DNA of 40,000 bases, taken from contig NZ_CP031310.1 in the NCBI RefSeq assembly GCF_004799665.1, positions 200,887 to 240,886 of the forward strand. The letters are read 5' to 3'. Below are positions 26,667 through 33,980 of the stretch, piece by piece (the first letter of the stretch is position 1; each line of letters opens with the position of its first letter). A model generated the notes under the pieces. It searched no databases, was not told the origin of the DNA, and saw only the letters and a program-made list of their open reading frames with translations. This stretch comes from Halapricum salinum. Lineage in GTDB: Archaea > Halobacteriota > Halobacteria > Halobacteriales > Haloarculaceae. The position numbers were made by a program, and so were the translations under genes.

Positions 26667-27918
26667 AGGTTGTATCTGTTTCCTCGAAGTATGGATTAAT
26701 CCGTTCGTTGATCAGCTGGTAGGCGAACTTGCGGAAGCCTTTCTGGTCCTTCACGGCCTCCTCTAAATACTCAGCTACCCGTTCTTTGTCTGCCTCAGCG
26801 ATCAGTTGACGGAACTTGCGAAGTTCCCTTTGCTGAACCGCGAGATTGTGGGCTGCCACCGAGCCGAGGATGTCCTTCTGATACAGGTCGTCCATCTCGT
26901 TCCGCATCCGTGCTCGGTGGAAGTCGTCGTTACAGATCCGGCATTCACAGTCGTCGAAGTTCGCTTCATCTATCGGAACTGTCTCGAACAGGTTGACGCA
27001 ATACTTCCCGTTGATCGCTTGGTGTAGGTAGGAGGCAGAATCAAAGGTATCAGCCCCGACAGCAACGAGTAGCGGCATTGCGTTCCCCGAAATTCCTAAT
27101 ACGTGTAGAGGGAGGTCGTCATACCCTCGCTGTTGCATCTCCCGCTTACAGTCGGATACTGCTTCGACGAGAACCTCAACGTTGTCTTTTCGCGGTACGA
27201 GGCTACCTAACGCAATCCCATCGAACGCTTCAGGGATTGGTTCTGCAAGTTCGTCTTCAATGAGGTCGAAGGATCGTTCGAGCATCGCTTCATAATAGCC
27301 ATGCACTGTGAGGTAACAGGCCCCGTTAACCTCGTCACGACGCTCTGCGAACCGGGCAGCGTTGGCGGCTGTTTGCTCCATCTTTTCGATCCGCTCCTCG
27401 AACTCGTCATCTGGATGGATGGGGTGGTCCAAATTGACCACGATGTCTGGTCCTAAGTCTAGCTGTATGTCTAGCGCCTTATCCTGGTCAATATCCTTCT
27501 CGAAGTCCTCACCTTCTAGGCCACCCTGCTTTAGGATTTTGTAGCCGCCGGAGTCTGCGAAGATCATCCCGTCATAGTCGCTGAAACAGTCCCACTCGCG
27601 GATCTCGTTGTCGAGATACCATTCCAGCTTCTTCTCCCGAATCCCGTAGTCGGCCAGGGAGGAAATCGAAGTCATCACACCGTTGAAAAGGTCACTGTAG
27701 TCTTCACCACCGGTGACTTCGTTGTCGTGAGCAAGGAACTCCTTGATCGTACGGTGGACCCCGCCACCAAATAGCGCGCCCTCGTTACCGCCGCCGTAGA
27801 AGTTGATCACCGGGAACAGGTGTGGGGTTTCCAGGGTACGGTCATTAATCTGGAGCTGGCCACGTCGTGCCTCGCCTGCCTCCGCAACGACATCGAATGA
27901 GGCCATACTATCAGTCAC
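26659..27918 (-). CDS. tRNA-guanine-transglycosylase-family protein without PUA domain (DpdA-like candidate)
   Basis: The N-terminus is ArcTGT-like (ARRGQLQINDRTLETPHLFPVINF). The catalytic Asp motif is IFADSGGYKIL and the second Asp region is HVLGISGNAMPLLVAVGADTFDSASYL. The zinc motif is CECRIC (CxCxxC). The start is the GTG at 27918 or the ATG at 27906; either way it is within a few nt of the upstream stop (27911). Confidence 0.82.
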   Translation of the reverse strand: MTDSMASFDVVAEAGEARRGQLQINDRTLETPHLFPVINFYGGGNEGALFGGGVHRTIKEFLAHDNEVTGGEDYSDLFNGVMTSISSLADYGIREKKLEWYLDNEIREWDCFSDYDGMIFADSGGYKILKQGGLEGEDFEKDIDQDKALDIQLDLGPDIVVNLDHPIHPDDEFEERIEKMEQTAANAARFAERRDEVNGACYLTVHGYYEAMLERSFDLIEDELAEPIPEAFDGIALGSLVPRKDNVEVLVEAVSDCKREMQQRGYDDLPLHVLGISGNAMPLLVAVGADTFDSASYLHQAINGKYCVNLFETVPIDEANFDDCECRICNDDFHRARMRNEMDDLYQKDILGSVAAHNLAVQQRELRKFRQLIAEADKERVAEYLEEAVKDQKGFRKFAYQLINERINPYFEETDTTYA

Positions 27919-28372
27919 CGTGCACTGGAATGGAACGGCCGCTGGAAACCAAGTGCTTCAGCCGCTTTCCCTTCATTCCGATACCGGTGCCTTCGATATA
28001 GTCAACGGGTACATCAACGGCAGATTCAACCCCATCGACAGCTGGAAGATAGTCCTTTCCCAGATTGATCCATACGTTGTCATACCCGTTAGTAGTGACT
28101 TTGCTGGCAATAGCGCTGACGACTTGGTCGTTCAGTTCGTCAGCACGTTCTGTGTCCATCCGACGGTCATAATATCCAATTTCCTGATCAGGTTCCACTA
28201 CTCCGTGCTCCGCGGATATAATCATAATGTCAATTCCAGACTGAAATCGACCCGTGCGCAATGCCTTCTTTATAATCCTGAAGAAGTATCCATCGTACAA
28301 ATCGAGAGCAGGAACCGGTGTATCCACCTGTTCCTTCGTTGCAGAACACGATTGGACTAATAACGACGCCAT
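27911..28372 (-). CDS. Small conserved-looking protein, DUF6884-like (function unknown)
   Basis: MASLLVQSCSATKEQVDTPVPALDLYDGYFFRIIKKAL...IMIISAEHGVVEPDQEIGYYDRRM. The SCSxxK...PA..LY.G..F...ISA.hG pattern resembles DUF6884 and the Cys-Lys region of DUF5591. This is pattern memory only. Confidence 0.5.
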   Translation of the reverse strand: MASLLVQSCSATKEQVDTPVPALDLYDGYFFRIIKKALRTGRFQSGIDIMIISAEHGVVEPDQEIGYYDRRMDTERADELNDQVVSAIASKVTTNGYDNVWINLGKDYLPAVDGVESAVDVPVDYIEGTGIGMKGKRLKHLVSSGRSIPVHGD

Positions 28373-28455
28373 ATACTCTGCTGATCGTATGAGGAGACCT
28401 TAGTTCTTGGGGATAACCACTAGATGTCTGGAGGCTGGTTGGTTACGCGTTACCG

Positions 28456-30351
28456 TCAACTGGTAAACCGACCAACGAGCTCGTCGATATTTTCACTGCG
28501 GAAATGCTCGGTCAACTGAAGAGCTCGCGGATCAGATGGGTATATTTCACCGCGGCCATACCGGTTGAACGCCGTATCGATAGCACGTCGGTAGGCTTTG
28601 TTCGTGGTGTAGGCTATAATTTGGTCAAATTTCTCACCGTACCGGGTCAGGTAACGAGCAAGTCGGTTCGCAACAAGTTCAACTTGGTCGTCATCGGCAG
28701 TCGTCAATACATACTCGTAGCTCATCACCGGGTCAGCCTCTTCGAAGTCCTCAGGTACCGGCCCGTATAGCCCTGAGATGGACACCTTATGATATCGCTC
28801 ACGGTAGTCCTCAAGCCGGGAGAGGACAGCCTGATGTGTCCGTGACTTCGAATACGGCTTCTCCTGACTACAGGGTAGAATCAGTAGTACATCTGCCTCG
28901 CTCGGCGGCTGATACTCGTCGTGCTGGAGGATATCGAAGTCATTTGGCCCGTGTTTCAGCGAGATGGTCCGTTTCTTCCGTGTCGTGTCCTCGACTCCTT
29001 CGAGGAAGCTAGATAGCTTGGTCTGGAACGTCTCGTCATCCGGTCCGGCAACTAACCCTTCGTAACCGATGTCTGCAAGTTGTTCGCGGAGCTCTGGGTT
29101 GTGTAGCTGAGCCCGCTTCAACGCTTTCTCAACGATATTCTTTCCCTGTGCGAAGTTAGCAACACGTTCGAGCAAACTCCCATCATCAATGGCGTCACGA
29201 ACTTGTTGCATCTGGCGGCTGTACAGCTCAAAGTTATGATGAGCTATCTGTGCGTAGTATTCACTCTTGAAGTGAGTCCCGTGTTCACCCTCAATAGGCT
29301 TGTTACTGATATCGGATTCCAGAAGGGCGTGCCGCATATCACCGAAGTGGATGTTCTGGCAGGCTTGACAGTTACAGGGCCATTCCTCCCAATCATCAAT
29401 TTGGTCCAAACTGACTCGTTGCCAGCTATCGGGGTGGATGAATTTCTTATTGCGGGCCGCATACTGATAGCTTCTCGAATCAAACGTATCGACGCCGAGG
29501 AGAGACAGTAGAGGACAGAGCCTTCCGCTTATGCCGAAGACGTGGAATGCGATTTCGTCGTAACGGTCCTCGGGTATCGCGTCTCTTGCCCCTTGAACGA
29601 TATCGACCAAGGTATCTGGAGAGCTGCTGAGGGGAACAAGTGAACCCAGGGCGAACCCCTCGAAGGCCTCAGCAAGTTCATCGGCGCGGTCCAGAAATTG
29701 ACTGACATACCAGTTGACATCCTCGTAGTTGTGGCCGTGTATGGCCACATACATAGACGGCGTCTCCTCCAGCTCGCGCTCGTCGAGCAACTGGAGAGTT
29801 TCAACCGCGTTATCGATACTCTTCTCCATCCGTTCAGTGGTTTCTTGCTTATTCAGGTTCTGTGGAATCGGAAAGTCCAAGGTGGCAATGATATCCGCGC
29901 CGTAGTCAATCTGCAAGTCCAAGATGCTCTCTGGATTCGTGTAGATATCCCAGTCGTTCGCACTACCGCCTTCGTCAGGCGTCTGTCCGAACTTCGTCGA
30001 GTTCATCAACTTAAATCCGCCCGAGTCGATGAATAGCGGTTGATCAAACCCGGGCTCAACGTCACTCTCCTCGAAATGCTGTTTGAGCGGCTTCTCTCGC
30101 CACTCTTCCAGATTGTCAGGGGTGAGATTGTAGTCGAGAAACGACATCGCTTGGAACATAATCCCCTGGACGCTGTCGCTCTCAAAGAGGTGCCGACGGG
30201 TATACCGCCAGATACCACCGGATTCTGTTGTCGTCCCTCCAATCAAATTTACAACAGGTAGAAGCTCGGGCGTCTGGATACAGCCGGCGGGCGTGTCTAT
30301 TTCTCCTCGGCGGCCGTATGAAGCCTTTTCAAGAGTCTTGAATGCCGACAT
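28456..30351 (-). CDS. TGT-domain protein fused to an ArcS-type (DUF5591) domain; archaeosine-synthase-like paralogue lacking a PUA domain
   Basis: The TGT core is RRGEIDTPAGCIQTPELLPVVNL, LFIDSGGFKLM, FHVFGISGRLCPLLSLLGVDTFDSRSYQ, with zinc motif CNCQAC. The C-terminal domain has LLILPCSQEKPYSKSRTHQ, which fits PC-x3-KPY-x2-S-x2-H exactly. The ATG is at 30351; the track starts one codon earlier at a TTG. Confidence 0.82.
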   Translation of the reverse strand: MSAFKTLEKASYGRRGEIDTPAGCIQTPELLPVVNLIGGTTTESGGIWRYTRRHLFESDSVQGIMFQAMSFLDYNLTPDNLEEWREKPLKQHFEESDVEPGFDQPLFIDSGGFKLMNSTKFGQTPDEGGSANDWDIYTNPESILDLQIDYGADIIATLDFPIPQNLNKQETTERMEKSIDNAVETLQLLDERELEETPSMYVAIHGHNYEDVNWYVSQFLDRADELAEAFEGFALGSLVPLSSSPDTLVDIVQGARDAIPEDRYDEIAFHVFGISGRLCPLLSLLGVDTFDSRSYQYAARNKKFIHPDSWQRVSLDQIDDWEEWPCNCQACQNIHFGDMRHALLESDISNKPIEGEHGTHFKSEYYAQIAHHNFELYSRQMQQVRDAIDDGSLLERVANFAQGKNIVEKALKRAQLHNPELREQLADIGYEGLVAGPDDETFQTKLSSFLEGVEDTTRKKRTISLKHGPNDFDILQHDEYQPPSEADVLLILPCSQEKPYSKSRTHQAVLSRLEDYRERYHKVSISGLYGPVPEDFEEADPVMSYEYVLTTADDDQVELVANRLARYLTRYGEKFDQIIAYTTNKAYRRAIDTAFNRYGRGEIYPSDPRALQLTEHFRSENIDELVGRFTS

Positions 30352-30354
30352 CAA

Positions 30355-30494
30355 ATGACCTGTGTAGTAACTCTATCGTTGCCCTCAATTAACTTCTCGT
30401 TCTCTAAATTGTCATATCTCCAATCCATCTCCGGAGTCACTATAACTTTCAGCGAGTGGTTCAAAGTTAAGTATGCCACAGATAATACCACAGT
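30355..30494. promoter_or_regulatory. AT-rich divergent promoter region between the arcS-like operon and queDEC
   Basis: This is a 140-bp intergenic spacer. agttaagtat (30465-30474) is centred about 26 nt upstream of the queD ATG, consistent with leaderless geometry. ttaatt on the minus strand (about 30386-30391) lies 32-37 nt upstream of the arcS-like ATG. Confidence 0.4.
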
Positions 30495-30962
30495 ATGGCT
30501 CAAAACCTATCTGGAGAACACTCCCTCACATCAGAGGATATCTCCGAGGCTGAGCGAACCTTACACGTCGGACGTGACCGGCCGATTCGTCTAAGTACAG
30601 GTCACCGGATTCTACACCATGACGGCAAGTGCAGCCGTCCCCATGGGCATAACTACAAAATCAGCGTCTCGATAACTGGCACCCTAACCAGCGAAGGGTG
30701 GGTCATCGATAAGGGAGACGTCACTTCTGTATTATCCGAGTGGGATCACCGATTTCTCGTGGAGAAGGGCGATCCACTGATCGAGGCTTTTGAGGACAGC
30801 GGCGAAGGCGATGCCCTAATCGTGCTCGACCAGCCCCCGACAGCCGAGGTGATGGGGATCGTTCTTGAACGACGGCTGGAGGAAACATTACCGGAGACGG
30901 TCAGTAATGTCGCAGTTGAGGTTCGAGAAACCGGTGAGCTCGCTGCCGGAGGAGCTCTATAG
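30495..30962 (+). CDS. queD: 6-carboxy-5,6,7,8-tetrahydropterin synthase (QueD)
   Basis: LSTGHRILHHDGKCSRPHGHNYKISVSITG...GWVIDKGDVTSVLSEWDHRFL shows the PTPS/QueD Cys-His-His zinc/catalytic pattern. Confidence 0.88.
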   Translation: MAQNLSGEHSLTSEDISEAERTLHVGRDRPIRLSTGHRILHHDGKCSRPHGHNYKISVSITGTLTSEGWVIDKGDVTSVLSEWDHRFLVEKGDPLIEAFEDSGEGDALIVLDQPPTAEVMGIVLERRLEETLPETVSNVAVEVRETGELAAGGAL

Positions 30963-30966
30963 AGCA

Positions 30967-31749
30967 ATGCCGGTGAATTCGGATGTTCCAACGGTTGAGG
31001 AGGGTTCTACTGGTACAGAAACGAAGGACGGGCTGCCAGTGAATGAATTGTTCTACTCGTTACAAGGCGAGGGGAAAATCGCCGGGATGCCGAGCGTGTT
31101 CGTTCGGACGAGTGGTTGCAATCTCCGGTGCTGGTTCTGTGACTCGTTCCATACCAGCTGGGATCCGACCCACGCCTGGCTCGATGTCGATGCTGTCATC
31201 AATCGTGTCACCGATTATAAGAAAGCAAACCACGTCGTCGTGACCGGCGGTGAACCATTGCTACACGACGAGACGACCAATCTGTTAGACCGCCTCAGCG
31301 ATGCTGGCTACCATACTACCGTCGAAACCAACGGTACGATCTATCACGATACTTCCATCGATCTAGTGAGTATCAGTCCCAAACTGGCGAGCAGCACCCC
31401 GACTGCGGCAAAGGACCCACAGGGCGATGGGGAATGGGCAGATCGGCACGCTGATCGACGGATCGACATAGACACTCTCTGCCAGCTGGTGGAGGCCTAT
31501 GATTTCCAGCTGAAATTTGTAGTTACAGATAGAGATGATATGGCCGAGATCAACCGGTTAGTTGATCGGCTTCGGGACGCTGCAGATGCGGTGATTCGGG
31601 ATTCAGACGTTTTGTTGATGCCGGAGGGTTCGACCCGTGAACGATTATCGGAAACCCGTGAACTGACTGCGGAGGTAGCGATGGAGTACGGATATCAATA
31701 CACGCCTCGACTTCACGTTGAGCTCTGGAACGACGCACCCGAAACATAG
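30967..31749 (+). CDS. queE: 7-carboxy-7-deazaguanine synthase (QueE, radical SAM)
   Basis: LPVNELFYSLQGEGKIAGMPSVFVRTSGCNLRCWFCDS carries the CxxxCxxC cluster. It is followed by HVVVTGGEPLL. The ATG at 30967 is 4 nt after the queD stop; the track start at 30865 overlaps queD and is rejected. Confidence 0.88.
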   Translation: MPVNSDVPTVEEGSTGTETKDGLPVNELFYSLQGEGKIAGMPSVFVRTSGCNLRCWFCDSFHTSWDPTHAWLDVDAVINRVTDYKKANHVVVTGGEPLLHDETTNLLDRLSDAGYHTTVETNGTIYHDTSIDLVSISPKLASSTPTAAKDPQGDGEWADRHADRRIDIDTLCQLVEAYDFQLKFVVTDRDDMAEINRLVDRLRDAADAVIRDSDVLLMPEGSTRERLSETRELTAEVAMEYGYQYTPRLHVELWNDAPET

Positions 31750-32477
31750 TGTCAAATTATACAGCCATGACGACTACTCAAGGAGATAGCACGGATAGCG
31801 CGGTTGTCCTTGTATCGGGCGGGATGGATAGTGCGACTGCAGCTTTTGAGGCGAAGCACAGGGGATATGACTTGTACTTCCTCCACACAACCTACGGCCA
31901 ACAAACAGCGGACAAAGAGTCAGAGTGTGCCCGAGAATTGGCCGACTATATGGATGTCACGGACTTCCTTCACATCGAAACAGACCACTTAGCTCGGATC
32001 GGTGCTTCCAGCCTTACTGACGAGAACATCGATGTGGAAGAAGTCGATCTCGATAGCGATGAGATACCGTCAAGCTACGTTCCGTTCCGGAACTCGAACC
32101 TGCTATCAATGGCCACGTCGTACGCTGAAGCAAACGACTGTGGGGCCATCTTTATTGGTGCACACAGCGAGGATTACTCCGGTTACCCGGATTGCCGCCC
32201 GGAATTCTTTGATGCGTTCCAGCAGATTATAGATATCGGGACGAAACCAGAGACGTCAATCGATTTGGTGGCACCGTTCGTGGATTGGACGAAAACAGAG
32301 ATTGCGGAGCGTGGTCTAAATCTCGGTGTTCCGTACGAGCTTACGTGGAGCTGTTACCGCAATGAGGAACCAGCCTGTGGTACTTGCGATGCATGTGCCT
32401 ACCGACTCAAAGCATTCCAAGACGTAGGAATGAAGGATCCGATTAGATATCGAGAGCGCCCTAGCTACAGTGACTGA
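31749..32477 (+). CDS. queC: 7-cyano-7-deazaguanine (preQ0) synthase (QueC)
   Basis: The PP-loop is AVVLVSGGMDSATAA. The C-terminal zinc cysteines are WSCYRNEEPACGTCDACAYR. The GTG at 31749 overlaps the queE stop by 1 nt; the alternative start is the ATG at 31767. Confidence 0.88.
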   Translation: MSNYTAMTTTQGDSTDSAVVLVSGGMDSATAAFEAKHRGYDLYFLHTTYGQQTADKESECARELADYMDVTDFLHIETDHLARIGASSLTDENIDVEEVDLDSDEIPSSYVPFRNSNLLSMATSYAEANDCGAIFIGAHSEDYSGYPDCRPEFFDAFQQIIDIGTKPETSIDLVAPFVDWTKTEIAERGLNLGVPYELTWSCYRNEEPACGTCDACAYRLKAFQDVGMKDPIRYRERPSYSD

Positions 32478-32538
32478 TAAGACGTGAAGCTGTTTAAGAG
32501 GCAAACAATTCTTATTGGTGCGTCTTAGTGCTCATATC

Positions 32539-33012
32539 ATGGGCGAATTTGCGGACGAGGTCGTTAAGCGGTTGAAAGATCATTTAGCACAGTTCTGCAC
32601 ATCTTATAAGTGGGACACTGAATACCTTATTGCAGAAACACCAGTTGACATCGCAGGAATCGATGGTGATCGGTACGTGTTAATCGAACTCGAATGGCGT
32701 CGGGCGGACCCAGCTGACAATGCCGCGAAGATTTTTCGCCATCTCAGTACGAGGGAGATTCCTGCTGACCAAGTTATAATTTTGCAGTTATTTACCAACC
32801 ATTACAATCTCATTTCGGACGGCGTCTCGTCCAAGCGAAAGAACGCGGAATTCGTGGGCAAAACTGCCGCTGGTACTATTGACTATCTCACCTACCAACC
32901 CCTTGATTTTGACATCGATCCACCAAGATCGGGTGAGGAACGCCCCAACAAGTGGGAAGAGATAACTGATGATGTATCTGCAACAATCTCGTCAATAGTT
33001 AGTTGCTCCTGA
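32539..33012 (+). CDS. Hypothetical protein appended to queDEC (weak PD-(D/E)xK-like pattern)
   Basis: The ATG is at 32539 (MGEFADEVVKRLKDH...). The segment ETPVDIAGIDGDRYVLIELEWRR loosely resembles a D...ExK nuclease core. This is a weak resemblance. Confidence 0.45.
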   Translation: MGEFADEVVKRLKDHLAQFCTSYKWDTEYLIAETPVDIAGIDGDRYVLIELEWRRADPADNAAKIFRHLSTREIPADQVIILQLFTNHYNLISDGVSSKRKNAEFVGKTAAGTIDYLTYQPLDFDIDPPRSGEERPNKWEEITDDVSATISSIVSCS

Positions 33013-33066
33013 CGATGTATTGATTAACTCCTGTGTGAGTCTCCCTGAGGAACAGTGCTATACTGG

Positions 33067-33390
33067 TCAATCGGATTGATCACCAGTAAATTGGGCTTCG
33101 TTCTTAACTCTCCCAATTGCACCGTTCAGTCCATAAATAAGTGTAGCTGCGACATCGAAAGCTTCCCTCCGCTGGAGCTTTGAGATGGGCCTTGTTACAA
33201 ACTCTTCCCCGTCGGTATTGATACCGGTGATAGGAATCACTGAATAATCGTCGTCACCCATCGTTCCATCGAGCCGAACTAAGATCGTATCATCTTCGTC
33301 ATAAACCCATTCGATATAATAGTCGTCATGGATGTGCTCAGTCCATCCTGAAGGGTAATAATCGATATGCTCGGTTTCACTTTCAGGCAT
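33067..33390 (-). CDS. Hypothetical acidic protein
   Basis: The ORF is 107 aa from the ATG at 33390 (MPESETEHIDYYPSGWTEHIHDDYYIEW...). I recognised no family. Confidence 0.4.
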   Translation of the reverse strand: MPESETEHIDYYPSGWTEHIHDDYYIEWVYDEDDTILVRLDGTMGDDDYSVIPITGINTDGEEFVTRPISKLQRREAFDVAATLIYGLNGAIGRVKNEAQFTGDQSD

Positions 33391-33393
33391 CTT

Positions 33394-33428
33394 AGTATGT
33401 AAAACAGTGATTCCAAAGTATGTAAAAC
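33394..33428. repeat. Perfect 12-bp direct repeat agtatgtaaaac x2 (23-bp period)
   Basis: The copies are at 33394-33405 and 33417-33428, immediately upstream of the 33390 (-) start. On the minus strand they read GTTTTACATACT, which is TATA-like. Confidence 0.5.
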
Positions 33429-33539
33429 CGGTCGTCTGTCCTTCTGGTGTCGGGCTTCCAAGGATCAAATGTTAGAGTGAGAAATTTATTGACGACGAAC
33501 CGGGCAACATATCTACTGAAGATCACTCATATACTTCCT

Positions 33540-33980
33540 TCAAAGCCCTAATTCGACGTCTAAATACGTAGCTACGCTTCCGTACTCATTCTCCATAATT
33601 TCACAGAGCTCACGGTTGACCGTCAGACCGCTGTGAGTGATATTTGCAGATCCTACGTACACCAATTCGGGGCCCACGACGGCTTTCGCATGTAGATCAT
33701 CTACGGTAGTCATCGAGGTGTTTCCCATACGGGAGACAAGTGAGCGCATGTAGTCGTTGTGTTGTTCGCCAGTGCGAACGTAGAAATCGACATCCGTGTT
33801 CAATTCTCTAATCGCCGCGGACAGGGAAAGTCGGCGGCTCGACAATTTATCGGTGAGTGGAAAGCGCAGTTCCACATCGCTGAGCCAGGGCGAACAGATC
33901 GCCATACGTTGGGCGTGAACGAGAGAGTACCCGATAAAGTACGATAGCCCACTAGAGGGTAAAGAAAATGCTCGTACCAT
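33540..33980 (-). CDS. Phospholipase-D-family (HKD) nuclease, DrmC/Nuc-like
   Basis: VDDLHAKAVVGPELVYVGSANITHSG fits HxK...GSxN. The N-terminal AQRMAICSPWLS is typical of PLDc_2. The start (ATG at 33980 or GTG at 33989) overlaps the helicase stop (33952) by about 29-38 nt. Confidence 0.72.
   Translation of the reverse strand: MVRAFSLPSSGLSYFIGYSLVHAQRMAICSPWLSDVELRFPLTDKLSSRRLSLSAAIRELNTDVDFYVRTGEQHNDYMRSLVSRMGNTSMTTVDDLHAKAVVGPELVYVGSANITHSGLTVNRELCEIMENEYGSVATYLDVELGL

Noticed and set aside
30865-30966. The track start of the QueE ORF would give a 34-aa N-terminal extension overlapping the end of queD.
   Set aside because: The extension (MNDGWRKHYRRRSV...) is basic and overlaps the queD coding sequence. 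The ATG at 30967, 4 nt after the queD stop, gives a canonical QueE N-terminus.
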